DNA from: Bacteroidota bacterium
GTDB taxonomy: Bacteria > Bacteroidota > Bacteroidia > Bacteroidales > SKPS01
Direction: 5' to 3'
DNA: 64,000 nucleotides
Assembly: GCA_022709695.1 (NCBI GenBank)
Contig: JAKLII010000001.1
Location: 24,881 to 88,880, forward strand
Within the stretch, counting starts at the first letter, position 1, and each line of letters starts with the position of its first letter. Position numbers and translations under genes: made by a program. The notes under the pieces are model-generated. The model worked only from the letters and a program-made list of their open reading frames with translations. It was not told the origin of the DNA and searched no databases. Shown in pieces: positions 20,111 through 33,434 of the stretch.

Positions 20111-22756
20111 TTACTGCTTCTTTTTGATGATGGCAGGGATCTTCCGGCGCCTGCGCAGCAGCTTTTTCAATTCAGGCTCCAGATCTTCCTGACGCAATGC
20201 CTCATCATCATCATAGATCAGAATCCTGGCTTTCTTGAGTTTTCTCGTTTCCAGGAGCTTTTCAAGCGACAGGATCAGTGAGGGAAGCAATATCAGATTC
20301 GTAAACATAGCCAGCAACAGGGTGAGGGAAACCAGGATTCCCATCGCCTGGGTGCCCCCAAATCCTGATGCGCTGAAGATTCCAAATCCGAAAAACAGCG
20401 TAATGGATGTGTACATCATACCGAAACCTGTTTCCCGTAAAGCCAATATCACACTCTTTCTCTTGTTGCCGCTGTTCAGCCTCAGCTCCTGCCGGAACTT
20501 GGCCAGAAAATGGATGGCACTGTCAACCGAAATCCCGAAGGCAATGCTGAAAACCAGGATGGTGGAAGGTTTTATCGGTATACCGGTATATCCCATGATC
20601 GCACCTGTAAATAATAATGGTATAATGTTGGGTATCAGTGATATAAGTACCATTCGGGTGGATCGGAAAAGCCATACCATAAATCCTGCAATTACCAGGA
20701 TTGCAAGCCCCAGGCTCTGAAACAGGTTATTCAGCAGAAAACCGGTTCCTTCCAGAAACACTACTGCCATTCCGGTGGGTTCAATGGTATACTGATCGGG
20801 TACCATGTATCTGGCAAGAATCTCCTCCTTTTTTTCTTCATCCCAGCTCTTCCACTCCTGCGCGGTGAATGGTTTCACCGCCAGATTGGTTCTGGCCATA
20901 ACATCCTGATTTCCATTCTCTTCAAACGCTTCTATCAGGCTGCTGATCGGTTCTTCTTCTTCAAAGTCGAGATTGTACCATTTCGGAGGATTAAAAACCC
21001 TTGCCACCAGGGGTTCCAGGGAGTCTTTGATCTGTTTGATCTGCTTCGATCCGATATTGGCCATCTGCATGCTGACACGGGTGTATCGCCGTGTGGAGTC
21101 AATAAATGGCCTGAAGGCATTTGAGTTGATGGAATCGCGGCTCAGATACATTTTTAGCTCTGAGAGTTCGGTTGCGGTGGGTACGAGGTAGTATTGCGGA
21201 TCGCCATCGTGGTGCGCCTGATTGAGAAAACTGATCCCATCAATCACCGACAGGGGCGGAGAAAGGTAGCGCGACAGCAGTGAATCGGCCTGTATTTCCC
21301 TGTAGAATCTGCTGATATGGTATAGGGTACGGCCATTGTTACTGAACACACCATCTTTATTGCGGGTATCAATCTTCAGTTCAAAAGGCAGCACGCCGGT
21401 AAAATGCTGTTCAAAAAACATGAGATCCTTATAAATCGGATCCTTTTTCGAGATATCATCCACCACATTCCCTGTGGTGGATATCAGGAACATTCCTGCA
21501 ATTGTAATGGCCAGTACGATCCCGGTACCATAATAGACTTTATTCCGGTGATCGATGGTAAGCCTGACGATTTTTCCGACCTGCTTCCGGAAAAACACAT
21601 TTTCGAGATGCCGGATATGTTTGTCGGTAGGGGAAGGCAGATAGCTGAAGATGATGGTAAAAAGGGTTAATGAAAGGAGGTAAAGCCCGATAATGTTGAT
21701 CGAGGCTATCAGGCCGAACTGCTGAAGCACGTGGCTTTTTACAATAATAAAGGTGGCAAATCCGATGGCAGTGGTGAGGTTGGTCATCATGGTGGCGTTG
21801 CCAATCCTTTGGATTACCCTGGAGAGAGCTTTGATTTTATTGCCGTGATTCCGGAATTCGTGGTGGTATTTGTTGAGCAGGTAAATACAGTTTGGGATTC
21901 CGATCACAATGATCAGAGGGGGGACCATGGCGGTGAGGATGGTAATCTTATAACCCAGCAGATGCATACTCCCCAGCACCCACACTACTGCAATGCCCAC
22001 AATGAGCAGTGAGGTGGCCACCACCCTGAAGGATCGGAAAAACAGGTACAGAATGATGGCCAGGATGAGGGCCGCAAGGGCGATGAAGATCAGAACCTCC
22101 CGTTTTACCTTGGCCATCATCTGGGTTCGGATGTAAGGCATCCCGGAATAATGGAGTTTGATCCCGGTATTATCCTCGAATTTTTTTGCCACCTCCGTCA
22201 CCTCATTCACAAAGGTGATTCGCCCTTTGGAATTCAGGATTTTATGGTTCAGGGTGATGGCCATGATATGCACAAAACCGGTGTCCGTTTTGTTGTAAAG
22301 GTTTCCTTCGTACACCTTCAGCTTTTCCAGTACACTGAGGATGCTATCCAGCTCTGCCTGTGTTTCGGGTTTTTTGCCGGCAACATTCACCAGTCTGAGT
22401 TTGGATCTGCCGGTAATTTTTTCGATATTGTAGAAATTGGCAATGGAAAGCACCGTATCTACCCCTTCGATATGGTTGATAGCTGCAGTAAGATCCCAGT
22501 ATTCCCGGTACGGCTTCAGCTTCAGAATGGCAGGATCGTCGGAGCCCAGAATCATCACCGAAGCATCCTGTCCGAATTTGTCCTTAAACTCCTGGTAGGT
22601 AACAAACGTTGGGTCATCTTCCGGCAGAAGCTGCACCATATCATAGTCCATCTCCAGCCTGAACGCCATGAACGCCATGAAAATCGTAATGGAAAAAATG
22701 GTCGCCAGAATGGCGATTCTGTTCCTGAGAATGATTCTGACGATTACTGTCCACAT
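20111..22756 (-). CDS. RND-superfamily exporter (COG1033/MMPL/SSD type), 12-TM with two large loops
   Basis: Start trimmed to MWTVIVRIILRNRIAIL. It has two repeated 6-TM bundles with SSD-like helices (GIPNCIYLLNKYHHEF..., AFGISVDSAIHFLAKFRQE). Confidence 0.8.
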   Translation of the reverse strand: MWTVIVRIILRNRIAILATIFSITIFMAFMAFRLEMDYDMVQLLPEDDPTFVTYQEFKDKFGQDASVMILGSDDPAILKLKPYREYWDLTAAINHIEGVDTVLSIANFYNIEKITGRSKLRLVNVAGKKPETQAELDSILSVLEKLKVYEGNLYNKTDTGFVHIMAITLNHKILNSKGRITFVNEVTEVAKKFEDNTGIKLHYSGMPYIRTQMMAKVKREVLIFIALAALILAIILYLFFRSFRVVATSLLIVGIAVVWVLGSMHLLGYKITILTAMVPPLIIVIGIPNCIYLLNKYHHEFRNHGNKIKALSRVIQRIGNATMMTNLTTAIGFATFIIVKSHVLQQFGLIASINIIGLYLLSLTLFTIIFSYLPSPTDKHIRHLENVFFRKQVGKIVRLTIDHRNKVYYGTGIVLAITIAGMFLISTTGNVVDDISKKDPIYKDLMFFEQHFTGVLPFELKIDTRNKDGVFSNNGRTLYHISRFYREIQADSLLSRYLSPPLSVIDGISFLNQAHHDGDPQYYLVPTATELSELKMYLSRDSINSNAFRPFIDSTRRYTRVSMQMANIGSKQIKQIKDSLEPLVARVFNPPKWYNLDFEEEEPISSLIEAFEENGNQDVMARTNLAVKPFTAQEWKSWDEEKKEEILARYMVPDQYTIEPTGMAVVFLEGTGFLLNNLFQSLGLAILVIAGFMVWLFRSTRMVLISLIPNIIPLLFTGAIMGYTGIPIKPSTILVFSIAFGISVDSAIHFLAKFRQELRLNSGNKRKSVILALRETGFGMMYTSITLFFGFGIFSASGFGGTQAMGILVSLTLLLAMFTNLILLPSLILSLEKLLETRKLKKARILIYDDDEALRQEDLEPELKKLLRRRRKIPAIIKKKQ

Positions 22757-22835
22757 ACCCGCTTCCCTCCTTCCCCTTGATTCCGGCCAGGGGAAACCGG
22801 CTGCAAAGGTATAAAATTCCAACAATTCCTTTTCG

Positions 22836-22843
22836 TATCTTTG
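22836..22843 (+). promoter_or_regulatory. Candidate -7 box (TATCTTTG) upstream of ffh
   Basis: TAnnTTTG match 26 nt upstream of ATG 22869. No clear -33 element. Confidence 0.3.
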
Positions 22844-22868
22844 CCCCTCGTTTTAACCCAAAGAATCT

Positions 22869-24212
22869 ATGTTTGAGAGCTTAAGTGAAAGGTTTGACAG
22901 GGCGCTGAAAGTGCTGAAAGGGCAGGGGCGCATCACAGAGATTAACGTAGCCGATACGCTGAAAGATGTGCGGAAGGCATTGCTTGATGCGGATGTGAGC
23001 TATTCTATTGCGAAGGATTTTGCAAATCGTGTAAAGGAGAAGGCCTTGGGGATGAATGTCCTTAACTCCATTTCTCCGGGCCAGCTGATGGTAAAAATCA
23101 TGCACGACGAGCTCACTGAACTGATGGGGAGCGAAAACAGTGATATCAATATCAAGGCAAAGCCCTCCGTCATTTTGATCGCAGGTCTCCAGGGATCCGG
23201 AAAAACCACTTTCGCGGCCAAGCTGGCCTGGCATCTGAAAAACAAACGGGGTAAGATGCCTTTGCTGGTGGCCTGCGATGTGTACCGTCCGGCAGCCATC
23301 GACCAGCTCAAAGTGCTGGGATCCCAGATAGAAGTTCCGGTATACACTGAGGAATCCAACCTGAATCCTGTGAACCTGGCGAAAAACGGGATTGCCCATG
23401 CCAGATCCACCGGACGCGATATCATCATTATCGACACTGCAGGTCGTCTGGCCATCGATGATGCCATGATGAAGGAGATCTCAGATATCCACAAGGCGGT
23501 GGTGCCTCACGAGACCCTGTTTGTGGTGGATGCCATGACCGGGCAGGATGCGGTGAACACAGCCAGGGCATTTAATGATGTGCTCGACTTTGATGGAGTG
23601 GTGCTTACCAAAATGGATGGCGATACCCGTGGCGGTGCTGCACTCACGGTAAAAGCGGTGGTGAATAAACCCATCAAGTTTATTGGTGTGGGTGAGAAAA
23701 TTGATGCACTCGATCTCTTCTATCCCAAAAGAATGGCCGACAGGATTCTGGGAATGGGGGATATCGTAACCCTTGTCGAAAAAGCCCAGGAGCAGTTTGA
23801 TGCAGAAGAGGCCGTAAGGATCCAGCGTAAACTGGCAAAAAACACTTTCGACTTCGATGATTTCCTGAAGCAGATCCGTCAGGTGAAAAAGATGGGAAAT
23901 GTTAAGGATCTGATGGGAATGATCCCCGGGATGGGGAAAGCCCTGAAAGATATTGATATTGACGACAATGCTTTTAAAGGTATAGAGGCGATCATTCAGT
24001 CAATGACCCCCCAGGAACGCCAGAACCCGCACATTATCAATGCAAACCGCCGCAAGAGAATAGCCAATGGTTCAGGTACGGAGATTCAGGATGTGAACAG
24101 GCTGATCAAGCAATTTGAAGATACCCGGAAAATGATGCGTACCCTTACCGCCGGCGGCGCCAAACAGGCGATGCGCAATATGCGGAACATGCAGGGATTG
24201 CGTCGCAGGTAG
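22869..24212 (+). CDS. ffh: Signal recognition particle protein Ffh
   Basis: 447 aa. The NG domain shows GLQGSGKTT, DTAGR and TKMDGDTRGG. A Met-rich M domain follows. Confidence 0.95.
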   Translation: MFESLSERFDRALKVLKGQGRITEINVADTLKDVRKALLDADVSYSIAKDFANRVKEKALGMNVLNSISPGQLMVKIMHDELTELMGSENSDINIKAKPSVILIAGLQGSGKTTFAAKLAWHLKNKRGKMPLLVACDVYRPAAIDQLKVLGSQIEVPVYTEESNLNPVNLAKNGIAHARSTGRDIIIIDTAGRLAIDDAMMKEISDIHKAVVPHETLFVVDAMTGQDAVNTARAFNDVLDFDGVVLTKMDGDTRGGAALTVKAVVNKPIKFIGVGEKIDALDLFYPKRMADRILGMGDIVTLVEKAQEQFDAEEAVRIQRKLAKNTFDFDDFLKQIRQVKKMGNVKDLMGMIPGMGKALKDIDIDDNAFKGIEAIIQSMTPQERQNPHIINANRRKRIANGSGTEIQDVNRLIKQFEDTRKMMRTLTAGGAKQAMRNMRNMQGLRRR

Positions 24213-24262
24213 AACAATACCGGTATCAAACTGTTATTTGTCTAACCAAACTGAAAACCCAT

Positions 24263-25144
24263 ATGATCCTGATCGACGGAAAACAAACAGCAGAAGATAT
24301 TCGCCTGGAAATCGCCAGGGAGGTGGCTTCCATGATCGACAAAGGCATAAAGGCACCTCATCTTGCCGCGGTTATCGTTGGTGAGGATCCTGCTTCACAA
24401 ACCTACGTTGCCAGTAAGGAGAAACAGGCCAAAGCTGCCGGTTTTACCTCCACAGTGTACAGGTTGCCTGCAGCAACCACCGAACAGGAACTTCTGGGGG
24501 TGATTGATTTTCTGAATGATGACCCCGATGTGGACGGGTATATCGTGCAGTTGCCTCTGCCCGGCCATATCAACAGCAATACGGTGTTACAGGCAGTTGC
24601 ACCCGAAAAGGATGTGGACGGCTTTCATCCGGTGAATGTAGGCCGGATGGCCCTGGGCCTGCCCTGCTATGTGCCTGCTACTCCGCATGGCATCATGGAG
24701 CTCCTCCGAAGGTACCAGGTAGAGACCACCGGTAAAAAATGTGTGGTGCTGGGACGCAGCCATATCGTCGGTTCCCCGGTTTCCATCCTCATGTCGCAGA
24801 AAGGTACCCCTGGTGATGCCACGGTTACCCTGTGTCACAGCAAAACAGCCGGCCTGGCACAGATTGCCGCCGAAGCCGATATCCTGATCGCTGCCATCGG
24901 CAAACCCGGTTTTGTGACCGCTGATATGGTGAAAGAAGGTGCCGTGGTGATAGATGTCGGGATCCACCGTATCGAAGCCCCTGATACCAAAAGTGGCTTC
25001 AGACTGGTCGGAGATGTTGACTTCGAGGCAGTGGCAAAAAAAGCATCCATGATTACACCGGTACCGGGAGGAGTTGGCCCTATGACCATTGCTTCCCTGT
25101 TGCAGAATACCCTGAAAGCCGCCAAGAAGGAGATCTACGGATGA
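24263..25144 (+). CDS. folD: Bifunctional methylenetetrahydrofolate dehydrogenase/methenyl-THF cyclohydrolase FolD
   Basis: 293 aa with the motifs YVASKEKQAKAAG, GYIVQLPLP, VVLGRSHIVGSP and TPVPGGVGPMT. Confidence 0.95.
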   Translation: MILIDGKQTAEDIRLEIAREVASMIDKGIKAPHLAAVIVGEDPASQTYVASKEKQAKAAGFTSTVYRLPAATTEQELLGVIDFLNDDPDVDGYIVQLPLPGHINSNTVLQAVAPEKDVDGFHPVNVGRMALGLPCYVPATPHGIMELLRRYQVETTGKKCVVLGRSHIVGSPVSILMSQKGTPGDATVTLCHSKTAGLAQIAAEADILIAAIGKPGFVTADMVKEGAVVIDVGIHRIEAPDTKSGFRLVGDVDFEAVAKKASMITPVPGGVGPMTIASLLQNTLKAAKKEIYG

Positions 25145-25785
25145 CCTCTCCCGGCAGCAAAGGGCAGGCTGATGCGAAAGCCCCCTCCGAAGGCCTGCCG
25201 GTGATGGAAATTTTCGCTACGCTGCAGGGCGAAGGGTACCACACCGGAAAACCTGCAGTTTTTGTGAGACTTGCCGGATGTGACCTTGCATGCCACTGGT
25301 GCGATGTGAAAGAATCATGGAATGCCGGTTGCTGGCCTGAAAAACCCCTGGCTGAGATCATGGATGAAATTGAGGCCTTTCGTATCCCTGCCGTGGTGGT
25401 AACCGGCGGTGAACCTCTGATGAATGACCTCAATGACCTTACCATCGCTTTGAAATCAAAGGGTTACGATACCTTCCTCGAAACCTCGGGAAGCTATCCG
25501 ATGACGGGGATCTGGGACTGGATTTGCCTTTCCCCCAAAGAGCAGCAGCCCCCGCTTCAGGATAACCTTGCTTTGGCGCACGAGCTCAAAGTGGTGGTAC
25601 AGGCACCTGCCGATCTGCACTGGGCTGAAAAGCATGCGGCTTTGGTAAGCCCCGGTTGCAAGTGCTTCTTGCAGCCCGAATGGTCCGTGTGGAAGGAGGT
25701 GACGCCCCTCATCACAGATTATATTCTCAGAAATCCCCGTTGGATGCTATCTTTGCAAAGCCATAAATACATCGGAATTCCATAA
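25141..25785 (+). CDS. queE: 7-carboxy-7-deazaguanine synthase QueE (radical SAM)
   Basis: LPVMEIFATLQGEGYHTGKPAVFVRLAGCDLACHWCDVKESW contains the CxxxCxxC-type cluster motif. The start overlaps the folD stop (ATGA). Confidence 0.88.
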   Translation: MTSPGSKGQADAKAPSEGLPVMEIFATLQGEGYHTGKPAVFVRLAGCDLACHWCDVKESWNAGCWPEKPLAEIMDEIEAFRIPAVVVTGGEPLMNDLNDLTIALKSKGYDTFLETSGSYPMTGIWDWICLSPKEQQPPLQDNLALAHELKVVVQAPADLHWAEKHAALVSPGCKCFLQPEWSVWKEVTPLITDYILRNPRWMLSLQSHKYIGIP

Positions 25786-25828
25786 GATCAGGTCTTTTCA
25801 GGCGTTTATACTTCATACCATCCAGCAG

Positions 25829-30420
<4,592 letters not shown>

Positions 30421-30477
30421 CTTCCTGACGTATCATGCAAATATAACGTTTACAAAGGGTGCCTGTTACATCCTGTG

Positions 30478-30509
30478 AAAAAAAAAGTCCCGATGGCCAT
30501 CGGGACTTT
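30478..30509 (-). terminator. Rho-independent terminator of hup
   Basis: On the minus strand: GTCCCGAT-ggcc-ATCGGGAC stem (30487-30506) followed by T9 (plus-strand A9 at 30478-30486), 23 nt after the hup stop. Confidence 0.85.
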
Positions 30510-30531
30510 CAGAATTCCACAAGAAGCGGAA

Positions 30532-30804
30532 TTACTTAACAACCTTGGCCAGTTCGCTTCCGGCTTTAAACTTCACCACCTTTTTGGCTTTGATGTCGAT
30601 CACCTGGTTGGTGAGGGGGTTGCGGCCTTTACGGGCTTGCCTTGCGGAAACGCCGAATGTGCCAAATCCCACGAGAGCTACTTTGTCGCCTTTCTTGAGG
30701 GCATCCTGGGTAGCACCCACAAAAGCATCCAGTGCTTTCTTTGCATCGACTTTGGTTAAGTTTGCCTTTGCAGCAATGGCTTCGATAAGTTCTGCCTTGT
30801 TCAT
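30532..30804 (-). CDS. hup: HU-family DNA-binding protein
   Basis: 90 aa from MNKAELIEAIAAKANLTKVDAKKALDAF...GFGTFGVSARQARKGRNPLTNQVIDIKAKKVVKFKAG. The track ORF has a 28-codon spurious N-terminal extension. Confidence 0.93.
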   Translation of the reverse strand: MNKAELIEAIAAKANLTKVDAKKALDAFVGATQDALKKGDKVALVGFGTFGVSARQARKGRNPLTNQVIDIKAKKVVKFKAGSELAKVVK

Positions 30805-30846
30805 CTTCTTCTGATTTTTAATGACTAATAAGATTATTAAGCATAG

Positions 30847-30882
30847 CAAATATAAGTAAAATAAGGGAAAAGTCAACAAAAA
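30847..30882 (-). promoter_or_regulatory. Candidate Bacteroidota promoter of hup (-33 TTTG / -7 TATATTTG)
   Basis: The minus strand reads TTTTTG-N22-TATATTTG, with the -7 box at 30854-30847, 43 nt upstream of the ATG at 30804. Confidence 0.45.
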
Positions 30883-30984
30883 TCTCATTAAAGTACTGAA
30901 ATTGTTGAAAAAACGGGATTTTTGTTAATAAAACCCTTGTTATCAGGGGGATTGAGTGCTGTCTGCAGGGAAAAATCCGGCAGA

Positions 30985-31962
30985 TTATTGGAGTTTCCAT
31001 CCCTCTCCGGCGGCAAATCCCCTGAGAAAATCTTTAGTTATCATCCTGTTTCTGTCCTGGAGTTGCACCTCCTGTACGGAAATCACCCCATCAGGGAGAA
31101 GAAAACGGAGGTACGTCCTGCCATCTGTGGAGATAGCGGGGAACTCCTGCGGACTGGTGGTGAGGGGCAGGAGCTGGCTCCTGAAAATTTTCAGCACCTG
31201 GCTTCCGTGTGTGGGATGTGTCAGCAGGGTAAATGCTCCGGGGTAAGGAGAGAGCCCTCTGATCTGGTTGTGAATCTGGAACGCAGGGGCTTCCCATCGG
31301 ATCCGGCAGTCGTCTCTGGTGATTTTGGGAGCTGTGGGGATCTGACCGCTGACCGGGGGTTGGGGTACCGGGCTTACGGTACCGTCTGCGATAGCCTCAA
31401 CGGTTTTCAGCACAAGGGGCACGCCGGCCACCATCATCCGGTCGTGCAGTTCACCAGCCGTCTCATCAGCCCAGATCTCCATCCTTTCCTGAATGATCAT
31501 GGCCCCGGTATCGGTTTTATGATCGAGGAAGAAGGTGGTGAGGCCGCTGGTGTGCTCGCCGTTCATGATGGCCCTCTGGATCGGGGCGGCACCCCGGTAG
31601 AAGGGGAGCAGGGAGGCATGCAGGTTTATGCTTCCGAAACGGGGGAGCGTGTACACTTCATGTGGCAGCATCCTGAAGGCTACCACCACAATCAGGTCGG
31701 GGTTCCAATGCCGCAGGAGCTCAAGAAAGCCCTTTTCCCTGAGGATTTCGGGTTGAGCAAGGGGTAACCCCATCTTCAGGGCAGCCTCTTTCACCGCACT
31801 GGCCCTGAGCTTTTTGCCACGCCCGGCAGGTTTGTCGGGAACGGTAACCACACCACAAACGGAATGGCGGCTCTGTACAAGCCCTTCCAGCACAGGTACC
31901 GAAAATTCGGGAGTACCCATGTAAACGATCTTCAGGCAGGGGTTTACCGCTGTGTGGGACAT
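30985..31962 (-). CDS. fmt: Methionyl-tRNA formyltransferase
   Basis: 325 aa with the motifs IVYMGTPEFSVPVLEGL, PDKPAGRGKKL, INLHASLLPFYRGAAPIQ and a C-terminal Fmt domain. Confidence 0.93.
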   Translation of the reverse strand: MSHTAVNPCLKIVYMGTPEFSVPVLEGLVQSRHSVCGVVTVPDKPAGRGKKLRASAVKEAALKMGLPLAQPEILREKGFLELLRHWNPDLIVVVAFRMLPHEVYTLPRFGSINLHASLLPFYRGAAPIQRAIMNGEHTSGLTTFFLDHKTDTGAMIIQERMEIWADETAGELHDRMMVAGVPLVLKTVEAIADGTVSPVPQPPVSGQIPTAPKITRDDCRIRWEAPAFQIHNQIRGLSPYPGAFTLLTHPTHGSQVLKIFRSQLLPLTTSPQEFPAISTDGRTYLRFLLPDGVISVQEVQLQDRNRMITKDFLRGFAAGEGWKLQ

Positions 31963-31996
31963 GTATATACTATGGTATGCTGCGAAGGTGCACCCT

Positions 31997-32494
31997 TCAG
32001 AGCGTTGTTTCCATCTTCTGCTTCAGTGCGAGCATCGACACTACGGCAGCGGCAGCTTCAATCCCCTTGTTGCCGTGTTTACCGCCTGCCCGATCGAGGG
32101 CCTGCTGGTGGGTATCGGTGGTGAGTACGCCAAAGCTTACGGGGGCAGTGGCCTGGAGGTTAACCTCCATGATGCCATGTGCCACAGCCTGTGCAATGAA
32201 TTCGAAATGACGGGTTTCGCCCTGGATGATGCATCCGAGGCATACCACCCCGTCGATATCTCCGCGATTCAGCATCAGCCGGGCTGCCAGCGGAAGCTCG
32301 TAACTTCCGGGTACCTTTTCCACCAGGATGTTTCCGGGGGTAATCCCCTGCTCCGAGAGATAGGCAACAGCCCCCTGCTCCAGCACGCCGGTAACTTCAG
32401 GATTCCACGAAGAGGTAACAACGGCAATGCGCACCCGGCCCGGTTCCCTGAGGTGCACCTGCGTCACCTCCGAAAGGTTTTTCTTCTTGGCCAT
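31997..32494 (-). CDS. ribH: 6,7-dimethyl-8-ribityllumazine synthase
   Basis: 165 aa with RIAVVTSSWNPEVT, VPGSYELPLAA, GCIIQGETRHFEF and NKGIEAA. Confidence 0.93.
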   Translation of the reverse strand: MAKKKNLSEVTQVHLREPGRVRIAVVTSSWNPEVTGVLEQGAVAYLSEQGITPGNILVEKVPGSYELPLAARLMLNRGDIDGVVCLGCIIQGETRHFEFIAQAVAHGIMEVNLQATAPVSFGVLTTDTHQQALDRAGGKHGNKGIEAAAAVVSMLALKQKMETTL

Positions 32495-32505
32495 CGGCAG
32501 GTGGA

Positions 32506-33210
32506 TTACTTTCCGGTGCCGTGGGCCAGGTACATCTCCACGCGGGCAATGTACTTCTCTATATTGCTGGACCGGAAGCTGGTCGGATATTCGGTTTTGA
32601 TTCTGTTGTAGATATCCAGTGCCTTCTGGTATTCTTTCATCAGCTCATAGGTATTGCCGGCACGCATCAGGAATTCGGGTGTGAGGAGGTCGTTGTTGGC
32701 CTTCTCCGCTGCCTTGAGGTAATACTCGATGGCTTCCTGCTGGTTGTTGAGCTCGAGGTTGGCATCCCCCAGCATCCTGAGGGCATTGGGGTACACCATG
32801 GGGTCTTTGCTTTTGAACTTCTTCAGCAGCGTGATGGCTTCGGCGAAGTTGCCCTGCTTCAGGTAGATGGCTCCGGCGTAGTACCTTGCCAGGTTGCCGC
32901 CCGGGGTGCGGCCGTAGTCGTCGATGATATCCAGAAAACCCAGGTTCAGCCCGTCGCCGTTCAGTGCCAGGTTCAGACTGTCCTGTGCAAAGTAGCGCTC
33001 TGCCACGTACATTTTCTCCTGTGCCTCACGGGTCTTCGGGAGCTTGATAAACCGCTGGTATCCGAAGTATCCCCCGAAAATCAGAATGATAACCCCAAGC
33101 CCGATCAGGATGGGTTTCTGATGCTTCTCAAGAAACATCTCGGTTCTGCTCAGTGCTTCTTCAACGGCCTGGATATTGTCCTGTGCCTTGTCTTGTAATT
33201 TCTTTGCCAT
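32506..33210 (-). CDS. Membrane-anchored tetratricopeptide-repeat protein (YfgM-like architecture)
   Basis: 234 aa with a single N-terminal TM helix (ILIGLGVIILIFGGYFGY) and then TPR-like helices. It lies 12 nt upstream of ribH. Confidence 0.7.
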   Translation of the reverse strand: MAKKLQDKAQDNIQAVEEALSRTEMFLEKHQKPILIGLGVIILIFGGYFGYQRFIKLPKTREAQEKMYVAERYFAQDSLNLALNGDGLNLGFLDIIDDYGRTPGGNLARYYAGAIYLKQGNFAEAITLLKKFKSKDPMVYPNALRMLGDANLELNNQQEAIEYYLKAAEKANNDLLTPEFLMRAGNTYELMKEYQKALDIYNRIKTEYPTSFRSSNIEKYIARVEMYLAHGTGK

Positions 33211-33236
33211 ATCGATCGTTCAAAAAATTTGAGGTG

Positions 33237-33244
33237 CAAAAATA
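33237..33244 (-). promoter_or_regulatory. Candidate -7 box (TATTTTTG) for the TPR-ribH-fmt transcription unit
   Basis: Minus-strand TAnnTTTG match 27 nt upstream of ATG 33210. The upstream element is only TTGT. Confidence 0.35.
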
Positions 33245-33434
33245 GGGAATTTCAGTCACATCACAAGGCCGTTACCGATTTTAATCAACAACCTGAGGTT
33301 AGCTACTCAAACGTTTCAATGATAACCGCATCCGTATGAATAAACGATGTACCATCACCCTTCAGACATGAATAAGCTCATCACTTCGTTGATTGGTATC
33401 AATGAATGACACATTTCCAGTAAGATAAAGCAAA

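Noticed and set aside
25141-25144. folD-queE ATGA overlap as evidence of a functional folate/queuosine link
   Set aside because: Four-base start/stop overlaps are ordinary operon packing. The two pathways share only distant GTP/pterin chemistry, so no functional claim is warranted.
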